Below are positions 17,697 through 26,284 of a stretch of 64,000 nt of DNA, in pieces. Made by a program: the position numbers and the translations under genes. Numbering within the stretch: the first letter of the stretch is position 1; every line of letters begins with the position of its first letter. The stretch lies in the IMG/VR virus record IMGVR_UViG_3300029774_000001; one strand, written 5' to 3'. The DNA comes from a virus. The notes under the pieces are model-generated. The model saw nothing but the letters and a program-made list of their open reading frames with translations. It was not told the origin of the DNA and searched no databases.

Positions 17697-19034
17697 ATGG
17701 CTTTTGACAGAAGTAAGTACAAGAAAGCGAGTGTAGAATCAATTGATGAAACAGTAGGAAAAGCAGCCGCAACAATGGGCGGTGGTTTTGGACAAGGCGG
17801 CAGAGCCTCATTTTTTAATCTGAGCGAAGACGGAAGATATGTATTGCGCGTATTGCCGTCGTTGACAGGGAAACCCTATATGCCGAGAAAGACGGTTAAA
17901 CTTCCTATTGAGTGTGCGGTATATGACAAGGACGGGAAAGACACCGGGAAGAAGGAAATCAGACAAAGAGATGTCTTTACTTCTGATATCCACAGCAACC
18001 GGATGAATGGAGAAGATGCAGTGCTGACCTATATCAGCCACGTGTATAACCTGGCAAATGATATCCAGGACAAGGAAGAGCGCGCAAAATTCCTCTATCC
18101 CATCAGCGGTTACCGCAACAAGCAAAAACAATGGATATGGGGCATGAAAGCCATGCTTAACTATGTGGCTTATGTATGGGACGAAAATGACGTGTACCGT
18201 CTTGATTTGCGCCCGGATTGGTGGAAGAAAATGAAGAACATTTCTATGGAGCGCGCAGGCGGTTCTGACGATGGTATTATTAATCTTGACATCTTTTCTG
18301 ACCCGGACGAAGGTTATCCGTTGATTGTCAATGTCACCACGGACGAAAACAAAAAGAAAAATTTTGACATTACTTGTGGTATGCCGGATGCTAATAAGCG
18401 CCAGACTTGGGACGATTTCTTTGCTAAAAACCGTGTATCAGACGAAGTGTTCGGTATCATGGAAGAATTGCCTACCCTGGATGATATGTATGTAGATGTC
18501 TTTTCACGTAAAGACTGGGATATGCAGTTGGAAGGATTGGAAAGAATCGACGAGGAACAATCATACGGTATTTTCCAAGACGACGTATTCTTGAACAAAC
18601 TCGAAGAACTTGACAAATTGGTTCCGGAAGAGGACGAAATCAAGGAAAAGAAAGCTCCTAAAAAAGCCCCCGAGACAAAGAAGGTGAAAACGGAGGAACC
18701 GAAAGAAGAGCCAACAAAGACGGAAAAAAAAGCAGGCGGTTATCCTACATTGACGAACCTCAAAAAGGAACTCCGTGCCTACATTGCCGATAACTACGAA
18801 GATAAGGAATTACCGGAAGAGTTGACTGTAGCAGAACTCCGTAAATGGTACGACATTGCACAGGAAGGTGGCGAACTGCCTTTTGAGGATTACGAAGAGC
18901 CGGAAGACGAAGAAAAAGGAACAGAAGAGACGAAACCGGAAGATACGGCAGTTGAAGAAAGGGAAGCATCAGCAAGCGTTCCTAACTCTATTGCATCACG
19001 GTTGAGAAACTTGAAAGCAAGAACTTCAAAATAA
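17697..19034 (+). CDS. single-stranded DNA-binding protein, T4 gp32-like (tentative)
   Basis: 'DGRYVLRVLPS' resembles T4 gp32 'GQAVIRFLPS'. A Lys/Glu-rich linker and strongly acidic C-terminus (EDYEEPEDEEKGTEE), plus a location in the replication module. Confidence 0.5.
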   Translation: MAFDRSKYKKASVESIDETVGKAAATMGGGFGQGGRASFFNLSEDGRYVLRVLPSLTGKPYMPRKTVKLPIECAVYDKDGKDTGKKEIRQRDVFTSDIHSNRMNGEDAVLTYISHVYNLANDIQDKEERAKFLYPISGYRNKQKQWIWGMKAMLNYVAYVWDENDVYRLDLRPDWWKKMKNISMERAGGSDDGIINLDIFSDPDEGYPLIVNVTTDENKKKNFDITCGMPDANKRQTWDDFFAKNRVSDEVFGIMEELPTLDDMYVDVFSRKDWDMQLEGLERIDEEQSYGIFQDDVFLNKLEELDKLVPEEDEIKEKKAPKKAPETKKVKTEEPKEEPTKTEKKAGGYPTLTNLKKELRAYIADNYEDKELPEELTVAELRKWYDIAQEGGELPFEDYEEPEDEEKGTEETKPEDTAVEEREASASVPNSIASRLRNLKARTSK

Positions 19035-19043
19035 ATCATACAA

Positions 19044-19066
19044 GGAAGGGTAATTTCTACCCTTCC
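19044..19066 (+). terminator. stem-loop terminator candidate
   Basis: Perfect 9-bp stem ggaagggta / tacccttcc with loop atttc, 10 nt after the stop. The following tract, attatt, is U-poor. Confidence 0.5.
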
Positions 19067-19081
19067 ATTATTCCTATTATT

Positions 19082-19702
19082 ATGAAAAATCTTTACAGAA
19101 TAATTCTCATTTCGGGAATGATAATATTACTCGTATTGTTATTTCTATCTATCAAGAAGGCAAGGGAAAACGAAAGGTTGATATATGAAGTAGAATTCTA
19201 TACTGATTCTTTGAACCGATACACAAAAATTTATAATTCTGAAAGCTTTTCTAAACTGAAGAAAGAAAACAAAGAATTGTACAATCAATTGAAGGAAAAG
19301 GAAGCACTTGTAGAGGCAGTGGAATTTGAATGGAAATACAAGTATGAAGGACTGGAAAAGCAGGTTTCTGAATTAAGAAAAACGGACAGCCTCTATACAT
19401 TCAAGGAAGAAACCGATACGGTGGGATATGACTTGCAGGTATGGGCTACACACCTGGCAAAATATAAGATTAACTTTAATATAACCAACAAGTTTTTATT
19501 GACAAATCAGCGTATAGGGGACAGTAACCGTATGGAGATAACTTCCCAATTGCCCGGAAAGATAGGCGATGTCACAATGTGGACGAAACCGGAGAAAAAG
19601 AAAAGATTCGGTTTAGGGTTGTCCGTAGGTGCCGGATATGGAGTATTCAATAAAGATTTTGATGTGTTTGTAGGATTAAGTGGAACATATTTAATTTGGT
19701 AA
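19082..19702 (+). CDS. hypothetical membrane-anchored protein
   Basis: N-terminal TM helix 'IILISGMIILLVLLFLSI', a coiled-coil-like middle region, and a Gly-rich C-terminus 'GLGLSVGAGYGVF'. Confidence 0.55.
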   Translation: MKNLYRIILISGMIILLVLLFLSIKKARENERLIYEVEFYTDSLNRYTKIYNSESFSKLKKENKELYNQLKEKEALVEAVEFEWKYKYEGLEKQVSELRKTDSLYTFKEETDTVGYDLQVWATHLAKYKINFNITNKFLLTNQRIGDSNRMEITSQLPGKIGDVTMWTKPEKKKRFGLGLSVGAGYGVFNKDFDVFVGLSGTYLIW

Positions 19703-19704
19703 TT

Positions 19705-19908
19705 ATGTTTGTACAGATAAATAACAAAAGGATAAAGATTACTTCTATCAGTAGATACAATGATGAGGGGTATTCACAGTCAACCAAGAAGTTCAGAATA
19801 GCTTTAAAAATTTCCAATGTCTGGGAAAGCTTCTATTTTGACAAGGAAGTAGAGAAAGATAATGTTTTGAAAAATCTTGACAATACATTAAAGGTGACAG
19901 CGCTATGA
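19705..19908 (+). CDS. hypothetical protein
   Basis: Track ORF 19696..19908 (TTG start). ATG 19705 is preferred. Confidence 0.5.
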   Translation: MFVQINNKRIKITSISRYNDEGYSQSTKKFRIALKISNVWESFYFDKEVEKDNVLKNLDNTLKVTAL

Positions 19909-20933
19909 CCGGGAAAATGATAATAAGTACAGACTGGCACTTGAAGACGTCCAATATCGAAGAAATAACGGAATTGCAAAGGCAGGAATTGAACGTAGCG
20001 GAAGACAACGGTATAACCGACCATGTGTGGCTTGGTGACATATTCGATTCCCGTATATCACAGAGGCAGGACGTCTTAAATGCTTTTTCCTCTATACTTG
20101 ATATGTACGCGAGGATGGGACACACAGTATATTGCATTCCAGGAAATCACGATAAGAGCGATTATAGTTCGGACAGGTCGTTTCTTGATGCGTTTAAATA
20201 TCATAAAGGGTTTAAGTTGATAACTGACTTGGACGCTTTCGAGATAGGCGGTGTAATATGCTATTTTATGCCGTTTTTCGACAATGCGATATGGTTAAAA
20301 GGGATGGGTGATGTGCTGAAAGAAAAGAATCATAAGACGCATGTACTTTTTACTCATATTGCTTTCCAGGGAAGCAGGAATAATGACGGTAGCGAGGTAG
20401 AAAGCGATATAAAACCTTCTTTGTTTAAAAACTTCGGTATGGTATTTTCCGGACATTACCACGATTTCCAAGAAATAGGAAAGAATATCGTGCACTTGGG
20501 AAGCATCACTCAGAACAATTTCGGGGAAGATGATAAAAAGGGGTTTTGGTTATTGGATGATGATTTGACATACGCGTTTATTCCGTCAACAGGGAAGCGA
20601 TACAGAAAGGTTACTGTGAACCTGGAAAACACGACTTTCAAGCAAGCGGATAAGATTGTAAAAGATTTTCAGAAGAAAAACAAGGAAGATTTTGTGCGCG
20701 TGGAATTCGTAGGTACGAAAGATGCAATTTCCTCCATTGACAAGGAAGAGTATAGAAAGCTTGGTGTGGATGTCAAAGTTAAGTCCGTAGAACTGGAAAC
20801 GGAAGAGGTGGAGACAGCAGAAGAAATCAAAGCTTTGTCCGGTTCCGATATTGCAGAAAAATTCAAGGGATTTTGCGAACAGAACGATTACTCCTATAAT
20901 GAAGGAATGGAAATTTTAAAGGAGGTGTTATAA
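19905..20933 (+). CDS. sbcD: SbcD/Mre11 (T4 gp47-like) nuclease
   Basis: Calcineurin-like phosphoesterase motifs 'ISTDWHL', 'WLGDIFD', 'IPGNHD', 'FTHIAFQG' and 'FSGHYH'. Confidence 0.8.
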   Translation: MTGKMIISTDWHLKTSNIEEITELQRQELNVAEDNGITDHVWLGDIFDSRISQRQDVLNAFSSILDMYARMGHTVYCIPGNHDKSDYSSDRSFLDAFKYHKGFKLITDLDAFEIGGVICYFMPFFDNAIWLKGMGDVLKEKNHKTHVLFTHIAFQGSRNNDGSEVESDIKPSLFKNFGMVFSGHYHDFQEIGKNIVHLGSITQNNFGEDDKKGFWLLDDDLTYAFIPSTGKRYRKVTVNLENTTFKQADKIVKDFQKKNKEDFVRVEFVGTKDAISSIDKEEYRKLGVDVKVKSVELETEEVETAEEIKALSGSDIAEKFKGFCEQNDYSYNEGMEILKEVL

Positions 20934-21904
20934 TGGGATTGGAAGAATTATTTGGAAGAATAGAGAAACGTTTCGGAAAGGAAGCGGTAGTAGGCAACGA
21001 TATAAAGGTAGACACCGTGTCTTCCGGCAGCATGGCATTTGACGAGATATTAGGAGGAGGTTTTGCACTTGGAAGAATACACGAAATATACGGAGGATTT
21101 TCGAGCGGCAAAAGCTCTGCGGCATTGCATCTAAGTGCATCCGTACAGAAAACGCTTGGGAAAGCGGTAGGGTATGTAGATACGGAACAAGCACTTGACC
21201 TGGAATACGCAAAAGCGCTTGGAGTTGATTTAAGCCGCGACAAGTGGATAATGTCGCAGCCGGATAGTGCGGAACAGGCGCTTGAAATCGTGCGTGAGAT
21301 GCTGGAGGTGCCGGAAATCGGATTGGTAGTGCTTGATTCGGTTGCTGGATTGGTGCCGGAAGCTGTTTTGCAGGGTGAGGCAGGAGATGCAAAGATAGCG
21401 CTTGTTGCACGCCTTATGTCACAGCAGTTAAGCATCCTAAAAAATGTATGTAAGAAAAACGGAAACATTCTCCTATGTATCAATCAGACAAGGCAGAAAA
21501 TCGGAGGTATGGGATTCGGTCCTACGACAACCACACCAGGAGGTGAAGCCCTTAAATTCTATGCCACCCAAAGAGCGGAATTTGCCCGTATAGGCACGGA
21601 AAAGACCGATGGAGTGGCAACGGCCAATAAGACACAAATAAAAGTCGTAAAGAATAAGATTGCACCCCCTTTCCGTGTATGCCAGGTAATGTTAGAGTAT
21701 GGTGTAGGATTTGACACGATACAGGAGCTTATAGATATGTCTATAAGAGAGGGGATTTGCTCTAAAAAGGGTGCTTGGTTTTACTATGGCGAGACCCGGT
21801 TAGGACAGGGAATGGATAACGCTAAAAAAGCGTTGTCGGATAAGGATTTGTTTAATGAAATTAAAAATAAATTGACAGAGACGTTATGTATCCCGAAAGA
21901 TTGA
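20933..21904 (+). CDS. recA: RecA-family recombinase (bacterial RecA-like)
   Basis: 'GSMAFDEILGGGFALGRIHEIYGGFSSGKSSAALH' (Walker A), 'YVDTEQALDLEYAKALGVD', and 'LVVLDSVAGLVP' (Walker B). Confidence 0.85.
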   Translation: MGLEELFGRIEKRFGKEAVVGNDIKVDTVSSGSMAFDEILGGGFALGRIHEIYGGFSSGKSSAALHLSASVQKTLGKAVGYVDTEQALDLEYAKALGVDLSRDKWIMSQPDSAEQALEIVREMLEVPEIGLVVLDSVAGLVPEAVLQGEAGDAKIALVARLMSQQLSILKNVCKKNGNILLCINQTRQKIGGMGFGPTTTTPGGEALKFYATQRAEFARIGTEKTDGVATANKTQIKVVKNKIAPPFRVCQVMLEYGVGFDTIQELIDMSIREGICSKKGAWFYYGETRLGQGMDNAKKALSDKDLFNEIKNKLTETLCIPKD

Positions 21905-23886
21905 TATTAAGAAATTTTTTGTCATTTGAAGAACTTGATTACACCTTTACAAAAGAAACTTTGGGCGTGACTGGAGAGAACCGGACAGAGGAAGACCAGC
22001 TAAGCAATGGTAGCGGCAAAACGGGACTGTCACAAGGCTTGTTCTATGCGATATATGGAGTTAATCTAAGAGGAAAGGAAGACAAGAAACTGATACGTAA
22101 AGGCACGAAAGAAGCCTATACCAAGGTTGAAATATTTTGTCAAAAACGGAAAGAAACACTGATAATTGAGCGTACAATTCCGTTGAAAAGTTCTTCCAAA
22201 GTATCGCTGACCCTAAAGAAAGATGATGTGGAGACACCCGTAACGGTAGCCACTGTACTGGATGCGAATAAATACGTGATTAACTGGATTGAGATTACAC
22301 CGGAAGATGCCAAGTCCTATTATATCGTAACCAAGGGTAATTATTCGTCTTTTTTTCGTTCGTCCAATACGGAGAAACTTGCCTTGATAAGTCGCTTTGT
22401 CAATTTCTCCAATATTGACAAGACAAAAGGTGTGATTTCCGAAAAAGTCGGAATATTGGAACAAGAATTGCACAAAGAAGAATGCTTGAAAAATGTTGCG
22501 GAAGGCAAGAAACAAGCCTATGAGGAACAGATACAGCAAGTGTTAAGCGAAGACCCGGAAGAAAAGAAAAAGGGTGTAATAGGCGAAATTCAGTCCGAAA
22601 TATATTCTTTACAAATTCTTAATGAAGACCTTGTAAAGACACGCATTCCCAAAGCGGAAAAGAATATCGAAGGTGTAGACAAGGATATCGAAGGGCTTAT
22701 AAAGCTGAAAGAAGAAGTAAGTAAAGAACTTGAAAGCTTCGATATGGATGCTTACAAGGACACCTATAAGGAGATAGACACGGAAATAGCCGGATTGAAG
22801 AAAGACAAGTCGAACAAGGAAGAAAGGCGTAAAGATTACGCATTGAAATTAGCTGATTATGAGAAGAAATTACAGAAGGTCGAAGTATTGCTTTCTGGCG
22901 TCATTGTGTGCCCTAACTGCAATCATAAGTTTTTTATGGATGCTGACAAGGATTTTGAAGAACTGGAGGCTGACAAAGAGGCTTATAAAACAGCCATTGA
23001 TAAGAATACAGTAAAGAAAAACGAATATGAGACCTCTATAAACGAACTGGAAGACCTTATCTCCCAATACCAGGATGTAAGAAAAGAAACGGAAGAGGAA
23101 GAACGTAAACTGCGTGTCCGTCGTGGAAAGGTGGTTGATAAGATGATGGAGGTGGAAGACCGTATAAGGGAGCTTGAACGCGAGAAAAAGGGATATGAAA
23201 ACTCCATTGTAAAGATGCGTTCAGAAGTTGAGACAAACCGTTCTCTCATTGATTCCAAGACTGGGTATATAGAGGAATTGAAAAAGCAGAAAGCGGAAAG
23301 ACCCTCTATCAAAGACCAGGAAAAGGCGGTAGAAAAACTTTCCAAGGACATAGAGGAAGGCAACAAAAAAATTCTTGACAAGAAAAACGAGATTTTCAAA
23401 GTACAGCAATGGGATAGCCGTTTTAAAGACTTTAAGATGTATCTGGCAATGGAGCAGATAAAGAATATCCAAAGCGCGGCCAATGATGTACTAAAGAAAA
23501 TGAAAAGTGATTTACGTCTGATGATTGAAGGTTTCAAACGGAACGCGAACGGAACGTTGAAAGAGGAGATAACACCCTATGTTTTCCGTGATGAGATGGA
23601 AAGCTTTTTCTTTTATTCGGGTGGTGAACAAGCACGTGTAGAGGTAGCTCTTATCATTGCGATACAAAGCATGATTAACGCGACGAAACAGTATGGAGGC
23701 ATGGACTTTTTATTACTGGACGAGGTGCTGGAAAGTAGCGATTCTCTGGGGATAGAAAACATAATTTCCTCTACGGAATTTTTGAAACAGTCTATATTGA
23801 TTGTTACCCATGTGCCGAAACTCAATGACGAGATAAAACAACTGAAAGTAATCAAAGAAAACGGAATATCAAGATTGGAGGTGTAA
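21886..23886 (+). CDS. sbcC: SbcC/Rad50 (T4 gp46-like) ATPase
   Basis: Walker A 'SNGSGKTGL', a long coiled coil with a central 'CPNC' zinc hook, signature 'SGGEQARVEVAL', and Walker B 'FLLLDEV'. Confidence 0.85.
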   Translation: MYPERLILRNFLSFEELDYTFTKETLGVTGENRTEEDQLSNGSGKTGLSQGLFYAIYGVNLRGKEDKKLIRKGTKEAYTKVEIFCQKRKETLIIERTIPLKSSSKVSLTLKKDDVETPVTVATVLDANKYVINWIEITPEDAKSYYIVTKGNYSSFFRSSNTEKLALISRFVNFSNIDKTKGVISEKVGILEQELHKEECLKNVAEGKKQAYEEQIQQVLSEDPEEKKKGVIGEIQSEIYSLQILNEDLVKTRIPKAEKNIEGVDKDIEGLIKLKEEVSKELESFDMDAYKDTYKEIDTEIAGLKKDKSNKEERRKDYALKLADYEKKLQKVEVLLSGVIVCPNCNHKFFMDADKDFEELEADKEAYKTAIDKNTVKKNEYETSINELEDLISQYQDVRKETEEEERKLRVRRGKVVDKMMEVEDRIRELEREKKGYENSIVKMRSEVETNRSLIDSKTGYIEELKKQKAERPSIKDQEKAVEKLSKDIEEGNKKILDKKNEIFKVQQWDSRFKDFKMYLAMEQIKNIQSAANDVLKKMKSDLRLMIEGFKRNANGTLKEEITPYVFRDEMESFFFYSGGEQARVEVALIIAIQSMINATKQYGGMDFLLLDEVLESSDSLGIENIISSTEFLKQSILIVTHVPKLNDEIKQLKVIKENGISRLEV

Positions 23887-23887
23887 C

Positions 23888-24403
23888 ATGAAAGTATTTA
23901 TGGGATTTGACCCTGGAACAAAGGGGTTTGTTTCGATGATTGCGGAAGATGGGTCCTTTATCAAGGCTGAACCTATTTTCCGGGACATTAAGGTAGTGGA
24001 TATGATAGAGACGGCAAACAGGCTGCTTGCTTTTGTCGAAGGGTATGAAGTCCGGCATGTTGTGATAGAGGATGTACATGCGCTGTATGGGTCTTCTGCA
24101 AAAGGAACGTTTACATTCGGTTATAATTCATGCGTACCGGAATTTTTTTGTGCAATTGCCGGATTGCCATACACGAAGATACCGCCTAAAAAATGGCAGT
24201 CGGACATGCACAAGGGTATAAAGATGGTAACAAAAAACGATGGTACCAAGACAGTAAAGGACGTAAAGAAAATGAGTATCGTGGCTGCACACCGTATTTT
24301 CCCGGATGTGAGTTTAAAACGGTCCAGCAGGAGCCTAAAGGACGATGATAACTTTGCCGATTCTTTATTGATGGCTGAATATGGACGTAGACATTTTAAA
24401 TAA
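23888..24403 (+). CDS. ruvC: RuvC-like Holliday junction resolvase
   Basis: 'MGFDPGTKGF' (Asp 1), 'VVIEDVH' (Glu) and 'DDNFADSLLMAEYG' (C-terminal Asp pair), in an RNase H-fold-sized protein (171 aa). Confidence 0.7.
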   Translation: MKVFMGFDPGTKGFVSMIAEDGSFIKAEPIFRDIKVVDMIETANRLLAFVEGYEVRHVVIEDVHALYGSSAKGTFTFGYNSCVPEFFCAIAGLPYTKIPPKKWQSDMHKGIKMVTKNDGTKTVKDVKKMSIVAAHRIFPDVSLKRSSRSLKDDDNFADSLLMAEYGRRHFK

Positions 24404-24410
24404 CAATGGT

Positions 24411-24731
24411 ATGGAAGAGTATATAAGAAAAAGTTTTGTGGTGCCTAACGCAGCAATAAAGGTTGCTTGTTTTAAGGCAGGAATGACGGAAGAAGATTAT
24501 TATAATACATTGGGAGAATGCCGAATGTATGGTGATAATAAAGAGAAGAACAAAGAATACCAAAGGGAATTGTGCCGGAAGATATTCAGACCGACACCGG
24601 AAGAAGAGGAAGAAGATATCAACAGGTGGAAAGAAGACGGTGCAAAAGTTATGAGCTTCGAGGATTGTGTAACTTTGGTATTGGAAGGATTGCCAATTAA
24701 AACAAAGAAAGATGATATATTGGAAATGTGA
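24411..24731 (+). CDS. hypothetical protein
   Basis: Track ORF 24381..24731. The start is moved to ATG 24411, after the ruvC stop. Confidence 0.5.
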   Translation: MEEYIRKSFVVPNAAIKVACFKAGMTEEDYYNTLGECRMYGDNKEKNKEYQRELCRKIFRPTPEEEEEDINRWKEDGAKVMSFEDCVTLVLEGLPIKTKKDDILEM

Positions 24732-25044
24732 AAACAAGGAATGCACGGAGTTCGGGAAGGAAATTATAGAGACGCGCCCGATGTTTAAGTACACCGACAA
24801 GGGAACCGTGCCTATTAATGTGCCTTATTGTAAGGTATGCGGAAAACAGATGGGGTACCGGGAAGAATTGCCGGAAAGTGAAAGTGATATAAACGTGGCG
24901 TTCGCTTCTTTTGGTTCCCAGTCCAACGAAAATAAAGCCTCTATTCTCAAAGATAGATACAAGAAAGGTCTTGAAAAAGACGGTATTAGCGAGGTTATAA
25001 AGGCTAAAAGAGATAAAATGACTAAGGATTTTTTCGGTGGGTGA
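24712..25044 (+). CDS. hypothetical zinc-ribbon protein
   Basis: 'WKCENKEC ... CKVCGKQM' Cys pairs; 110 aa. Confidence 0.55.
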   Translation: MIYWKCENKECTEFGKEIIETRPMFKYTDKGTVPINVPYCKVCGKQMGYREELPESESDINVAFASFGSQSNENKASILKDRYKKGLEKDGISEVIKAKRDKMTKDFFGG

Positions 25045-25158
25045 TATGTTAAAACAGTGTTAAAATGGCATAAGCAGTTGCGTATCTCATAACATAATCT
25101 TATCTTTGCATTGTGAGATTAAGAGATGATAAGTCAAACAAATAAAAAAGATAAGGTT
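25045..25158 (+). promoter_or_regulatory. promoter/operator/leader cassette copy 4
   Basis: Begins at the nucleotide after the upstream stop. Contains 'tatgttaaaacagtgttaaaa'; palindrome at 25067..25088; -7 box TAtcTTTG at 25101..25108; leader 'gtcaaacaaataaaa' at 25133..25147. Confidence 0.65.
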
Positions 25159-25431
25159 ATGAAATCACTTGAAGAACTTAAGAACAGTATTTACGAGAAG
25201 ATAAACGAAATCAGAAATTTCGATACTGACGACTCTAAAGTCTTTAATGAGGATGAGACATACAACTATGAGGAACTGGACGCTTATCTTGAAAGAAACA
25301 AGAAAAAGAACTATATGAAAGCCGCTTGCATGAGGATGATTAAAAATTATCTTGACAGAATGTATGACGGATGGAAGTTCTACGAGAAGGATTATCTTAT
25401 TTATGTGAATGACTTTAAAAGATTTGGATAG
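25159..25431 (+). CDS. hypothetical protein
   Basis: Track ORF 25126..25431. The first 11 codons are the conserved leader, so ATG 25159 is preferred. Confidence 0.55.
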   Translation: MKSLEELKNSIYEKINEIRNFDTDDSKVFNEDETYNYEELDAYLERNKKKNYMKAACMRMIKNYLDRMYDGWKFYEKDYLIYVNDFKRFG

Positions 25432-25742
25432 TGAACGAATTAATAGAAAATATATGGACGCTTGTAGCTCTCACGGGATACAAGTTTATAACAGTGAATT
25501 TTTTAGGAACATACAAGGTGTTCCTGGTGGAAAATTTTGCTACGAAGACAAGGGATAACCCTTTCAATGAGGTACGCGGAGCGGTGGATATAACGGAAGA
25601 TGTTAAGCACCTTACTTTCCAGTTGTCTGAATTGAACCCTATCGGAATAGATACCCGGTTACAGGGAAGACCGAGAAAGGATTTTAAGTTCGGAAGTGAC
25701 GATTACATTTACTTTATTGCTAACAAGAAAAACGAATTTTGA
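25431..25742 (+). CDS. hypothetical protein (GTG start)
   Basis: 103-aa ORF with no internal Met. GTG overlaps the upstream TAG by 1 nt. Confidence 0.45.
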   Translation: MNELIENIWTLVALTGYKFITVNFLGTYKVFLVENFATKTRDNPFNEVRGAVDITEDVKHLTFQLSELNPIGIDTRLQGRPRKDFKFGSDDYIYFIANKKNEF

Positions 25743-25743
25743 T

Positions 25744-26280
25744 ATGGCAAGCGAAAGATTAACGATTAGTGAAAAAGATAGGATTGCAAAAAGCATAATC
25801 AAGCCTATTGTAGAACAATCAAGAAAAGAATTTGAAGATTTTGGAAGATTTGCCGACGAATTTTTCAAGAAAAATTTACCAAAAGATGTTATTGAATTTA
25901 TGGATAAATACCCTAATGTAGTAAAAACCAAAGAATGTATTTATCTGGTAAGTTTTACACGCGAACGAATATACAATATAGTAAGTTATATTGAAGTAAA
26001 TTATTTTGTATATTCGTTTATAACTGATGCAAAATTTGAAGAATTGAAAAATTCGACGGAAGCAAAACTTTTTGTCAATAGAATGATTGAGTTAGATAGG
26101 AAAGCATCTAATATCAAAAACCGGACAAAATGCGCACTTGAAAATATCAATACAACAAAAAAATTGAAAGATAATTTCCCAGAAGCGTATGTTATTCTCA
26201 CGGAAACTTCTAAAGAAGATGTTAAGAGGAATGAATGTGACAATATAGAAAAATTACGTGCAGAACTTTCAAAATTATAA
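25744..26280 (+). CDS. hypothetical protein
   Basis: Track ORF 25696..26280. ATG 25744 (MASERL) follows the upstream stop by 1 nt. Confidence 0.55.
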   Translation: MASERLTISEKDRIAKSIIKPIVEQSRKEFEDFGRFADEFFKKNLPKDVIEFMDKYPNVVKTKECIYLVSFTRERIYNIVSYIEVNYFVYSFITDAKFEELKNSTEAKLFVNRMIELDRKASNIKNRTKCALENINTTKKLKDNFPEAYVILTETSKEDVKRNECDNIEKLRAELSKL

Positions 26281-26284
26281 TAAT

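Noticed and set aside
20863-21483. 206-aa and 160-aa minus-strand ORFs antisense to recA
   Set aside because: They lie entirely within a strongly supported + strand gene, have Ser/Pro/Thr-rich low-complexity translations, and lack a plausible start context. They are shadow ORFs.
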